In this document: positions 1 to 11,931 of the stretch, in pieces
Position numbering within the stretch: the stretch's first letter is position 1
How the letters are laid out: each line of letters begins with the position of its first letter
Source of the DNA: Haliotis rufescens
Lineage: Eukaryota
DNA length: 64,000 bases
Assembly (NCBI RefSeq): GCF_023055435.1
Contig: NW_025963868.1
Span: 2,914,001-2,978,000, forward strand
Direction: 5' to 3'
Program-made: the position numbers and the translations under genes
Notes under the pieces: generated by a model
Databases searched by the model: none
Seen by the model: the letters and a program-made list of their open reading frames with translations, nothing else
Told to the model about the DNA's origin: nothing

Positions 1-133
1 TATGTATCAGCGTGTGTGACATGCACACAGCGAGCCCATTAGCTGGCCACTCCATGATGTTGATGTTCAGCATCTGATTCCATGACACAACACTGCAGCT
101 GCAACACCAGTATGACTGTCGTATCTTTGTCCT

Positions 134-490
134 CATCTACTGAAGTGATGTGTCTACACATCTACTGACCAAGAGGAGTCTGTCCAGCATCTACTGACTC
201 AGGTAGTGTCTACCATCTACTGACTCAGGTAGTGTCAACCATCTACTGACTCAGGTAGTGTCAACCATCTACTGACTCAGGTAGTGTCAACCATCTACTG
301 ACTCAGGTAGTGTCTACAATCTACTGACTCAGGTAGTGTCAACCATCTACTGACTCAGGTAGTGTGTCTCCCATCTACTGACTCAGGTAGTGTGTCTACC
401 ATCTACTGACTCAGGTAGTGTGTCTGCCATCTACTGACTCAGATAGTCTGACTACCATCTACTGACTCAGATAGTCTGTCTACCATCTAC
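134..490. repeat. 28-30 bp minisatellite (catctactgactcaggtagtgt[gt]c[t/a]ac) abutting the exon donor
   Basis: About 11 clear units from 188 to 490, degenerate back to 134. Each clear unit contains TGACTCA. Confidence 0.9.
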
Positions 491-494
491 CTAC

Positions 495-583
495 CTGGAG
501 TGGTGTCGTATCTTCATGCTGCTGCTGCTACATCGGGACTCCAGGCTGGAGGAGCTATCATACACCGGCAATATGCCTCCGCC
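495..583 (-). CDS. Internal coding exon (GGGILPVYDSSSSLESRCSSSSMKIRHHS-); the gene continues beyond the left edge of the window
   Basis: Acceptor gtgtttcAG and donor CAG|GTAGGT. 89 nt; only the phase-0 frame is open, matching the phase-0 end of the 21915 exon. Confidence 0.85.
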
Positions 584-660
584 CTGAAACACACAGACAC
601 TTACATGTATACTGACATAATGAAAACATTACATCAGTAATAGTACAAATGGTGGATACA

Positions 661-764
661 GAGTGAGTGAGTGTGTATGGTTTTATGCCGTGTTTTGGGG
701 GACACCAGAAATGGGCAGCACACATTGTACCCATGTGGGAAATTGAAACGAGCGAATGTCTTAA
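661..764 (-). mobile_element. SINE family A fragment, cut at its TTAA by the piggyBac relic
   Basis: Matches the family A tail and body (gagtgagt..ggacaccagaaatggg..cattgtacccatg) up to ttaa at 761-764. Confidence 0.75.
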
Positions 765-1371
765 CCGTTTGGCCCCGACTGCCTGTTTTATCAGGCAGCA
801 TAAACGATAGCCCAGTCCACTGATGCTCGATAAATCAGGCAGCTACTGTCCAAGTCCCTCACACGGCTGACCGCTGAATCGGGCGGCATGAACGTGTTTA
901 CAAAATCGCTCATTCTACTTCCTTTCTCGTGTGTAATCTCGTTCTAAAAATAGAAACGAGATCTAGACGCAATGACACTTCATTCCATGGAAATTCCCTG
1001 TCTTAATGGCACGAAAATCGAGGATAGGATACGTGTTTTCGCGACAGGTATATTCTCTTGCTTGAATCGGTAAATCTAGCGTAATGGCGGCCAACTACGA
1101 TTCGGATAGCGATCAGATGTCTGATAACGAATTTATCGGGAATAATAATGTGTATCCATCCCCCACCCCCCCAACTTTCAAGAATGGGAGTGGCAGAGGG
1201 ACAACAACGGTGGAGACATGAGGGATTTTGAAGAGGAGACAGGGCCCAAGAATACTTATTGACATGGTGAGTGAAGAGAGTCGTGCTATTGATTTTTTCC
1301 AACTGTTTTACAATGATTCTGTGTTTGAAAAGATTATGAGGGCGACGAATGAGAATGCAGCCGACAAGTGA
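765..1371 (+). mobile_element. piggyBac-type transposon relic (left end plus frameshifted transposase N-terminus)
   Basis: Starts TTAA|CC. ATG 1084 gives an acidic N-terminus MAANYDSDSDQMSDNEFIG; after frameshifts it reads FEEETGP/RILIDMVSEESRAIDFFQLFYNDSVFEKIMRATNENAADK*, resembling the DFFxLFxxD...I...TNxNA motif of piggyBac/PGBD transposases. Confidence 0.75.
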
Positions 1372-2132
1372 ATGAGCGATGATGTATCCCTTTTTTAAAA
1401 ATGTATTTCTCTGATCGCAATCCGAATTGTAGTTGGCCAGTTGGTCACATGTCCTTGTATTTTGCTAAATTTGAATAAAAATTGATTTCCATATTCATGT
1501 TTTTTTTCTTGTTTTTTACATCTTAGTTTAAATATTTGTAGCTTATCAGTTAAGTCCAGTGATTGATATCATGAGCATCGATCCACGCAATTGGGATCGA
1601 TGACCAATTCTAGCCCGGATCTTCACGGGTCTGTTACGCTAAAGACTACTGACAGAGCCATAGTAAAGGTCACTGACTTCATCAGGAACCCATCCCAGAG
1701 TAACACATTTCTAAAATACTGGTTAAGTTTACAAGATGGTATTTAGGGTTCCTTCAATGAGTAGTTGTGAACTGTCTTGGCTGAAACATGGCTGAAACAT
1801 TCTGTGAATAACGTCTGTGTTGTTCGACCAGCTGTAAGTAAGAAGCAATTACTGCAGTGAGATTGTGTCAAGCCCCACTCAATCTGGGTATCACCTCGCA
1901 CAGATACTGCAGCAGCCCTTAAAACAGAGTGACAGTTGTAGGGCTGATAGTATCTCAGTGTGTCACTGCACGGCTGCTGTCAGGACAACTGTACACGGTG
2001 GCAGTGAGAAAACAATTAGTTCTGCTTCTTCATGAGCCGACACAGGACTTTTGACGTCTCGAGATCCAATCTGGACATATTTCTCTGGGTTCTGTGTCGG
2101 CATGGGGCAATACGGGCAGTTGTAACTGATCC

Positions 2133-2270
2133 NNNNNNNNNNNNNNNNNNNNNNNNNNNNNNNNNNNNNNNNNNNNNNNNNNNNNNNNNNNNNNNNNNNN
2201 NNNNNNNNNNNNNNNNNNNNNNNNNNNNNNNNNNNNNNNNNNNNNNNNNNNNNNNNNNNNNNNNNNNNNN
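2133..2270. other. Assembly gap (138 N)
   Basis: Run of n. Confidence 1.
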
Positions 2271-2545
2271 GTGAGTTTTTCATAGTGTTAAGCATCATGC
2301 CACCATATGATGAATGGTCTGAATGTGGGAAATATAAAAAGGTGTTCGGTGAGAGCAGCTATTGCTGTAAAATCTGGGATACCCCATCCCTGGAAGATAC
2401 ACACTCATGTTTCATAAGAATCTGCTTATTGAGGGTTCAAATCCAATTTTACAATGACCCTTCGGTCTGCCAGCGCCATACCTGTGTTTCAGAGAGAATT
2501 TACTTTACATAACGATCCACAAAACTGTCATGGACTGGGATGCCT

Positions 2546-2742
2546 CAGCCTTGTTCCAAGGCTTACTGAATAAGTCCATGGGTGAACAGTAATTCTATCC
2601 TTGAAATAGGCAAGTCTAGATATGTGGACAAAGGACTAAGAACGCCAGTCTCATATAGACAACTTGTTCTTATTATTTATATAATCTAGAAATTATGATT
2701 TAAACTAATATTATTTTTGTCTTAGAGACTTGTGCAAGTCTC
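2546..2742 (-). mobile_element. Family E ~195-bp non-autonomous DNA transposon (AcademH-like)
   Basis: Hairpin-bearing termini. 9-bp TSD gggatgcct/ggtatgcct. Confidence 0.75.
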
Positions 2743-3948
2743 GGTATGCCTGAGCGACACCTTGTCCATGGTGGAATCAGACTGGTGTCTGGGATGGCAT
2801 TTCCATTAGAGTGAGACCCCTCAGTGAGTAAGTACACCCAGTAATATATTGCCTTGTTTGGTTCCCCGGGTTCCACACCACCCATGGAGGAGCTCCGTCC
2901 CCACCACAAGGCAGGCGATACTTGAGGAAGTGAGTGAAACAGGGCATGCTACTTTCCTGTAAACTGATCCACGCATCCTGCACTCCTCCAGAACCAAGAA
3001 AACAGGTCATACTCTAACAAAGAGATGAAACTGAACACTTGCAAACCATATTTCAAAGATTGACAACCACTTAGTGTGAAGTGTTTCTGGGGTGGATATT
3101 TATACCTTTTATCACAGATCTCATCCGTCAAAATGACAAAATAATGTTGAAACCTTTTTTTTGTCACTGCATGTTGGAAGCAGAATATTAAAAAGAAAAA
3201 AAACCTTTTTAGACTGACAATTGAAATGTTTGAATACATAAAAGTAACAACAGCATATCAAAATTGAAATATAAAAATATTTTGATCTTAAAAAGAAATT
3301 GTGAACAACAACAGTATACCATGAGAATGAAGAAAACAAGTATGAAATCAACTTCAGTTCACAAAATCAACTTTTGCTGTGACAAAGAGAGGATATTCAA
3401 GGTCCTCCAGATAATGGTGAATGTTTGAGAATACCTTCCAGTCTGGTTAAGGTAGACCTCCATGTTATATCACTTTGGGCCTACCATGTCTTGTTGCAAT
3501 AACAGGCTTGACAGAGCTGGGCGCCAAGGAATAGACCATTTCCACTCAACTGACGCACCTTTCTGAGAATAACCCTTGGCAGATACACAAATTATATCGT
3601 AGGCGTGGACAAACATTAAACTTGTATAGCTTACCATTACATACATCATAGTGCTGAGATCTGTGTCTGCCTGAGGAATACAGAATGTATCATGTGGAGA
3701 ATATCAGCTATATCACACTAGGCTGTGTAAACCAGGGAATCACTGGCTGGAATCAGTTCTTGATGACCTGCATCACTGGGAGTCATATACTATGTTGGAA
3801 CTGTTCAATAAAATCCTGGAATGCAATAATTCCTCCTTTTGACTATTTGCGACCATAGACAATAGGAACGGGCTCCTCATGAGGTAGGTCTGAGGGGAAT
3901 ACAACTGGCAATTCCTTCCAAGCTCAGGACCGGAGTCAGTCTGTCATA

Positions 3949-4161
3949 CAGACCCTGATACAAATATATCCAATACCACCCATGCAAGTCTATAATGTTT
4001 GGCAAGTCTAGATTACTGCAGACCCTGATACAAATATATCCAATATAGCCCATGCAAGTCTATAATGTTTGGCAAATCTAGATTACTGCAGACCCTGATA
4101 CAAATATATCCAACACAGCCCATGCAAGTCTGTAATGTTCGGTGAGTCTAGAATACTGCAG
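3949..4161. repeat. 70-bp tandem x3 derived from the end of a dispersed repeat
   Basis: Units start at 3949, 4019 and 4089. The sequence matches 49064-49121 in inverted orientation and contains tgcaagtcta, as in the family E terminus. Confidence 0.8.
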
Positions 4162-4489
4162 TACCAGGAAAATGAACGGAGTCTATGGGCTTCTTTTCAT
4201 TATATATACATATTAAGATAATTGTTTTTTACTGTAAGATATGTTCATTTCAGAGACTAGATGTTAGTCTAGATGGGAGTAATCACAGGGCATCCTGCCA
4301 TGACCACAGCTTCATTTCATGCCCTGGGTACAGGAAGATTTGTAATGATATTGCAGCTGTCTAAACGAACGGTCACAACCCATTACCATCCATAACACAC
4401 AGGGCAACTGCTGGATCTACTCCAAGACAGAAACATGGTTGCAGAAATAGCCTAACATGTCACACGTCAATGAAATACCTGACAACCTG

Positions 4490-4715
4490 AGTGAGTGAGT
4501 GAGTGAGTGAGTGAGTGAGTGAGTGTTTGCTTAAAGCCGCACTCAGCAATATTCAAGTTATATGACAACAGCCTGTAAAGAACCGAGTCTTTACAAGACA
4601 ATCCAGTGATTGACATCATGAGTATCAATCCGCGCAAATGGGATCCGATGACATGCATCAACTAAGTCAGCAAGCCTGGCCACCCGATCCCGTTAGTCGC
4701 CTCTTACGACAAGCA
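4490..4715 (-). mobile_element. SINE family B, 5'-truncated, with a (ctca)n tail
   Basis: Body matches the other B copies, but the tail microsatellite is of the A/D type. Confidence 0.85.
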
Positions 4716-7475
4716 CAACTATTCAGGTCCACAACAGCCACTAAGCTGGTATGACTAGTCCAGTCCATCCACTGCCTGCCCTATGGGTAATGGCCGAGAA
4801 GTGTGATCTATTCGGGCTCCTCATACCGGAGCTATTACACAGCATAGTTCCGCTATATAAAGAGTGAGTGCTAATTCAGTGGAACAGAGAGACTTGAATG
4901 TGTTGATGCGTCTAACAGAGGCAAGTATTTCCATCCCTCCCAGGCCCCAGTACACAGAAGGGATGAATCACACCCTCCCAGGCCTGGTACACTCACTGGC
5001 TTCAGGACAATCTAACCTGCAGGTGCAACACATCAACAGCCATTGTTTTATGCCGCAGTCAGCACATTTACACCGCAGTCTGTATGTCAACAAGGTCTGG
5101 ACAAGTGCTTCAGAGTGATCTCTGTCATCAGGGTAAAATGACACACAGTCAGTCAGGCCTTCCACAGTAATGACAAATTCTAACAGCTTCTTATCACAAG
5201 TTGGTTACATCAGGATATATTTGTCCAACCCACACATTATTCTCATGCCTACTTTTATGATGTCTATCTTGGGTCTTAATCAGAAATGAGATGTTTCTTT
5301 GCTGCTTACCGCCATAGTCAGCAATCCCTCCGTGAACCTCAACCTGACCACCCAATTCACTTAGTTGCCTTAAGACCAGCATAGGTTGCCAAGGGAACCA
5401 ATTCCAACCCCCCAATCCTCATGGGGACCACCCAGACGAATTTCTAAAGTAGGGCATTTAAACACAAAGGTTACATGTAGATTTATCTGCGATAAATTGA
5501 ATTTGGAACCAAACTTGCAGCATATTGCCTCACATCCTTTGAATATTGTAGTAACCACAACTTCGCATTTGCAACTTATAATTGTAGATGTAATAACTAA
5601 ATATATCTACCGACAACTGAAAAAAGTACTATTCCATGAATATTAGCTTCTGTGGTGATGCGGCTGTCAAATCAGCTGTTTCAATCAGAGGGACCTGACA
5701 ACCTCTGAATGACCAATCGGAAACAGGTAATTTTCAAATTCATGGTAGAATCATATTTAATACCTGTGAAAATGAAACAAAAGGTTTGGTGTTTTTTCCT
5801 TCACATAATACCCACAATTCCATCCAATTTGTATCTTATCCATGAAACAAACACTTAACCTTGTGGCAGCCTTCAGACAGAAGAATTAATCAGAACAAAC
5901 TTCCTCGGAATGATCATATTCAGGGATAAGTAGTCACTGGGAATTTTTTTTCCATTGATAAAAAACATATTGCACATTTTTCAGGAAAGATTAAATTCTT
6001 AAACTCTGTGACAACAACAGAATGTCTTAAAGCTGTAATCTATTATTTTCAAACACTTAAAGTTCCATTTCTCTTGTAAATAACACACACAATGACATCT
6101 TTTTCATTTAATTTGAAAAAAAATAACAAACACACTTAACCGATAAAATCACCTTTTTCTGCCATGATATAAACTCTACAAGATACTTCCAATCACTGTA
6201 CAACAAAACATATTGTTTCAATTTCATTCCAATTTAACCTGGGGTCTTAACATGTTTATACAATCTGAAACAGTTGTGAGGTCAGCAGTACCAGCATGGA
6301 ACACTATGAGTGTGTGTTACCCTGCTGCCAAGGGAGTGGGTGTCATGGAGATGCAGCCATGTCAGAGTGGGAGACTTCATCTGTTTGTTCTATCTCAAAT
6401 GGGGGTCCTACGAGTCAAGGAAACTGTGAAATCCTTGCATGGATGGAAAGTCTTGTCTGATTGGTATGTTGATAGTCCCATCTTTTGTTGTACTACAGCC
6501 CGTCTATGTAACAGCAGCGCTCTATCTGGACACAAAACCCTCCAATTGACATTTCAATGTTTATGTAATCATCTGACCTGGAGCCAAAAAATTCACCACC
6601 GAGTTTTTTGTCTCTTTCACGTTTTTTGCAGCTGGTTATTTTAGAACCTGTTTTTATAAAAAAGTAAGGTTAAGGGAGCTAAAACTACTGTTAAATGATG
6701 GTAATAAACATTTATATATATATATTTTCTGTCGATTAAAGAAACACAAACAAAAGACTTCTCCTTTACATAACCTTATTTCTATGATAAAACAGAGATG
6801 GTTGGAAATTGGCTTCGCCTTGTTCCATTTCCTGGAAAGGAGAGGGTTATCCTCACAACTATTAGACATGTGGGCAGTGGAGAGGACGTCTGTTGAAAAT
6901 CTAAAGATTTTACAATGTGACTGTCAGCCCAAACAGGTATTTATGGTTATGATATAATAGAGATTTTTAAAACTAAAATAGAAAACATACATAATAAATA
7001 ATTGACGAAGCTCGATGATTATTTCTTATTCTCTAACACAGGCTCCTAGTTGTATTATTTGTTGGTGATGTGAAATGTGGACCTGGTTTAAACCAAATGT
7101 CAACTGAGTTTCTCCTAACAACAACTTCAGTTTGATTCAAATGTATTGGTTACTCTTAGTGTAGCGGGGAGTGACTTCATGTTGAGCCTGACTGATGTCG
7201 ATCACCGATCACGACTCGTGAAACAGGAAGTTATTACTGCCTCACATCAAGTGGAGGACCTCTAGTGGCTGTTTCTAAGAGGAGCTGACTTCAATCAGAA
7301 AGTCCTATTCTCAGATATACAGACTTTCATGTATCTGTGACAGGAAGGAACTGTTAGACAAGTGACGGGACGGACAACAAGGGATGCCATCATCACACAC
7401 ATCTGTCCTTGATGTTGTGTGTATACACTGAGGCTACAAACAGTCTCTATCCCACATCAACTCATGTTATTACCT

Positions 7476-7728
7476 GACCCGTTAAGATCCAGGTAGAAAT
7501 AGGTCTTCAGCAACCCATGCTTGCCGTAAATGGCAACTATGCTTGTCGTAAGTGGCGACTAACGGCATCAGGTGGTCAGGCTCGCTGGCTTGGTTGATGC
7601 ATGTCATTGTATCCCAATTGCCCAGATCAATGCTTATGATTTCCATCACTGGACTGTCAGGACTAGATTCAATTATTTACAGACCACCGTCATATAGCTG
7701 GAATATTGCGGTGTGGCATTAACAAACA
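7476..7728 (+). mobile_element. SINE family B, full length
   Basis: Starts gacccgttaagatcc. Flanked by tcatgttatta/tcacgttatta. Confidence 0.85.
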
Positions 7729-7936
7729 TCACGTTATTATTGTGTATCATCAAAAGGTATGACAAAAACACGCTTATGATAGTTTTATTTCTCAGCAAAG
7801 AACATAATTTATATCAATCAGTGAGTTTTACTCTGCTGTTAGCAATATTCCAGTTTGGTCGTTTGTTGTTTAATGCCGCAAGGAAAAGGCGCTACATCAC
7901 TATAATCAGCTGTCTGGATGGAATGTCTAAAGTTCA

Positions 7937-8723
7937 GCTCTTACAGCAATCAACAACCACTAAGTATGACTCTGCTCTTACAGCAATCAACAACCACTAA
8001 GTATGACTCTGCTCTTACAGCAATCAACAACCACTAAGTATGACTCTGCTCTTACAGCAATCAACAACCACTAAGTATGACTCTGCTCTTACAGCAATCA
8101 ACAACCACTAAGTATGACTCTGCTCTTACAGCAATCAACAACCACTAAGTATGACTCTGCTCTTACAGCAATCAACAACCACTAAGTATGACTCTGCTCC
8201 TACAGCAATCAACAACCACTAAGTATGACTCTGCTCTTACAGCAATCAACAACCACTAAGTATGACTCTGCTCTTACAGCAATCAACAACCACTAAGTAT
8301 GACTCTGCTCTTACAGCAATCAACAACCCCTAAGTATGACTCTGCTCTTACAGCAATCAACAACCACTAAGTATGACTCTGCTCTTACAGCAATCAACAA
8401 CCCCTAAGTATGACTCTGCTCTTACAGCAATCAACAACCACTAAGTATGACTCTGCTCTTACAGCAATCAACAACCACAAAGTATGACTCTGCTCTTACA
8501 GCAATCAACAACCACTAAGTATGACTCTGCTCTTACAGCAATCAACAACCACTAAGTATGACTCTGCTCTTACAGCAATCAACAACCACTAAGTATGACT
8601 CTGCTCTTATAGCAATCAACAACCCCTAAGTATGACTCTGCTCTTACAGCAATCAACAACCACTAAGTATGACTCTGCTCTTACAGCAATCAACAACCAC
8701 TAAGTATGACTCTACTCTTACAG
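7937..8723. repeat. 37-bp minisatellite, ~21 copies (gctcttacagcaatcaacaaccactaagtatgactct)
   Basis: Near-identical head-to-tail units with no spacers. Confidence 0.97.
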
Positions 8724-8771
8724 CCATCACTTTGGGGATGCCAAGAACACATATCTAGGGTTGGTGTATTG

Positions 8772-8926
8772 CAGTGTTAGAAACTGGCACTAGTCCTGTA
8801 GTCCTTGCAAACTGCCCAAAAGTTAAGGTATCATAAGGACTAGTAGAAATTTGCCACTTTTCTGGGTTTTGCATTATGTGATCATTATAAGGACTAGTGG
8901 ACTGAAGATGTTAGTTTCTACTGCTG
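8772..8926 (+). mobile_element. Family F ~155-bp MITE with CAG termini and a 5-bp TSD
   Basis: Imperfect TIR cagtgttagaaa / tttctactgctg. TSD tattg on both sides. Confidence 0.85.
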
Positions 8927-9625
8927 TATTGGCACATAAGTCTTATCGCAATACATTGCAGTGTGGAGAGCTGTATTGTGATAGATATTGCAAAGCGTAC
9001 TGGGGCCAAAATAACATATATCTTTGCTGTCCAAATGGTACTTCTTCATTCAACTATCGAGACTTCAGATTGCGAGATGGGTGGTATGGATAAACAAGAC
9101 TACCTTGTATGTCATCAATATGTGAACAATGTTTACAGCGTGAAGCGTGTGCTGTTTACATGGTTTAGATAGGAACCCAGTCCATCAAAATGCCTCAAGA
9201 TAGTAGATATTATTTATGTAACAATATATTTATTCTTCTGTGACTGTATCAAAAAATATTGATGCACAGGGTTGTCCCCCTACGCATATCCATCATGGGA
9301 GAAACAAACCTTGGTCTTCAGTGTGATGGGTGAACACTTTACCCACTATGCTATGCACCCTACAGCCTAATACAGTAATAGAAATCTATATTTGTATCAT
9401 AACCATCAATACTTTTTTTTCTTTGGGTGTGTTAATCCCTCAGTTTTGTTACAAGTTCATCCCTTGATCGTAACAAGCTGTGTTGTTTCAAGACACAGAT
9501 TCTTCTAGTTAACCTTGACCTGTTGGTCTCTTGGATCAAAACAGCATGATGTAGGGAGGAGAAAGCAACAGCCTGGTGTTACCATGGATTGAGTGATGGC
9601 CTGGCTGGATGGCAGGCAGCTTCAT

Positions 9626-9792
9626 GTAAACACTCCTCAGTGATGTGCTCAATGTAGCACTCACTTGCTTCATCATCATCATCATCGTTGTCGTCGTCAT
9701 CACCATCATAATCACCACACCATAACCACACTATCATTGTCATCGTCACGTAAACATTCCTCAGTAATGTGCCCAATGTAGCACTCACTGGC

Positions 9793-9826
<34 letters not shown>

Positions 9827-9868
9827 CAACCATCATCATTATCATCATCATCACAACTACAATCATCA
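9626..9868. repeat. (CAT)n microsatellites inside a ~124-bp local duplication
   Basis: gtaaaca[c/t]tcctcagt..tgtagcactcact at 9626 and 9750, each followed by (cat)n. Confidence 0.85.
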
Positions 9869-10314
9869 AAATAAAAATAAAATTCTCTTGAAACTTTTCC
9901 CAAATGTTTTCTTGGCCTCTTTTTGTTATACTTCTACATACATTTTGAAAACTTGCATGTGTTAAGTAGAAGAGGTTAATGGAAGTCTTGCTCAAAACAG
10001 GTTTTAACAAACATTGAAATCTGGTTAAATTTTGGGGTAAGAAATGTCTTAAAATAATCAAATCTCCCTGTGACTTAAACCAATTTTTGAAAGGAGCTGC
10101 TCTTGAATTACCGTGACTTCAGAGACGTGCCAGTACAGCCTGCATAATGACCTCTAACTTCACCATCTCCCAGGCACAGCCCCCCAGCCCCTCCTCCAGC
10201 CCAGCCCCTCCTCCAGCCCAGCCCTCAACATCTGGGAGATGTGTGCCACCAGATGGACAACTCATCTCCCCCTCACTTCCAGCCACACTCACAGTCATGG
10301 CTGCTGTACCTCAC

Positions 10315-10329
10315 CTGGACCGAGGCAGA
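10315..10329 (-). CDS. Candidate 15-nt microexon (SASVQ)
   Basis: cttccttaacAG|TCTGCCTCGGTCCAG|GTGAGG. Phase 0/0, so it fits between the YYAK and GGGI exons. A GGG-rich tract follows in the intron. Confidence 0.35.
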
Positions 10330-10426
10330 CTGTTAAGGAAGTTTGGCTTGCTTTATGTTTAACAGCACACTAAGCTATCTGGAAATTAATGCGTCTCCAA
10401 ATTAATACGACTGCTGATCCAAAGCC

Positions 10427-11416
10427 AACAAGTATTTGTCACAGAGTGACGAAATATCCCCCGCCATATACACCATAGTACCAAATATGAAGACAATCCA
10501 GCGATTAGTTCTTGAAATATTGTGGCAACACCGTTTTCCAACTCCAAAAACAGATTTGCCTGCTGTGACCTTGAAAATGGGATCAAGGTCACCAAATCTG
10601 ACAGGTGTATGCGGTGTCTGTATATACACCATAGTTCCAAATATGAAGACAATCCAGCGATTAGTTCTTGAGATATCGCGGCAACACCGTTTTCTAACTC
10701 TAAAAGCAGATTTGCCTGCTGTGACCTTGAAAATGGGATCAAGGTCACCAAAACCGACTGGTGTCTGCGGAGTCTGTATATACACTATAGTTCCAAATAT
10801 GAAGACAATCCAGTGTTTAGTTCTTGAGATATCGCGGCAACACCGTTTTCCAACTCCAAAAGCAGATTTGCCTGCTGTGACCTTGAAAATGGGGTCAAGG
10901 TCACCAAAACCGACTGGTGTCTGCGGTGTCTGTATATACACCATAGTTCCAAATATGAAGACAATCCAGTGTTTAGTTCTTGAGATATCGCGGCAACACC
11001 GTTTTCCAACTCTAAAAGCAGATTTGTCTGCTGTGACCTTGAAAATGGGATCAAGGTCACCAAAACCGACTGGTGTCTGCGGAGTCTGTATATACACCAT
11101 AGTTCCAAATATGAAGACAATCCAGTGTTTAGTTCTTGAGATATCGCGGCAACACCGTTTTCCAACTCTAAAAGCAGATTTGTCTGCTGTGACCTTGAAA
11201 ATGGGATCAAGGTCACCAAAACCGACTGGTGTCTGCGGAGTCTGTATATACACCATAGTTCCAAATATGAAGACAATCCAGTGTTTAGTTCTTGAGATAT
11301 CGCGGCAACAAACAGGTGGGACGTACGTACGGACGGACGGACGGACGGACGGACGTACGGACGGTCGTGAATACTATATCCCCCGCTTCGCGCTTTCGCG
11401 CGGCGGGGGATAAAAA
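10427..11416 (-). mobile_element. Helentron-associated non-autonomous element (HINE/pearl/DINE-like) with an internal 156-bp tandem array (~5.4 units)
   Basis: Minus strand reads TTTTTATCCCCCGCC subterminal repeat plus hairpin, a (ccgt)n microsatellite, the 156-bp cores, GGCGGGGGAT, a 3' hairpin tatttcgtcac-tct-gtgacaaata, and ends cttgTT. Confidence 0.88.
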
Positions 11417-11931
11417 TGCAACCAAATATCAATGTGACTCCCCGACCCCATCCCCAGTGGAATGATACATATCCTTACCTTAATCCAATCAAACACAAAT
11501 AGCACAGCTCTATAGCACTGAGTAAAGCACTTCTGTATTAACAATAAACAGTGTTTTCCTAAAAACAACACACAGTTCATGTTTACTCTGTTGACTGGCA
11601 TTAAGGAAGTTCAAACGCAGTAAAATAATTGAACCGACAACATTTCACTGATTGGTATGAGGAGAAGGTGTCTTCAAGCTTCACACGAGTGGGTAGAACT
11701 TTTGACCATAGCGGTGATAACTCACCGGATGCCTATTGTGTAATTCTTATTCTTTGACTGACATTTTTATATACTTGTTACAACTGCTGCTCAATAAACC
11801 ATGTTTGTGTATATATTCAAGTTGGTATTTCCGCTATCCAAAGTGTGCAGTGGGGCCATCTTATTGTTGATAGTCGTTTGGAGACATTTTTCTCATTTAT
11901 TCACGCACTCGTTAATTTCAAGATTTACAGT

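Noticed and set aside
2761-2769. ccaccATGGACAAG|gtgtcg: perfect Kozak context and phase-0 mini first exon (MDK)
   Set aside because: The donor GTGTCG is far from consensus; there is not enough support without transcript data.
7937-8723. CRISPR-like 37-bp repeat
   Set aside because: Units are directly adjacent with no spacers, there are no cas genes, and the context is eukaryotic.
9536-10061. Poly-Met/poly-Asp ORFs resembling acidic shell proteins
   Set aside because: They derive from (CAT)n microsatellites, with no signal peptide or splice support.
10386-11432. 215-325 aa ORFs with 52-aa repeats
   Set aside because: They are the 156-bp array inside a non-autonomous Helentron-type element.
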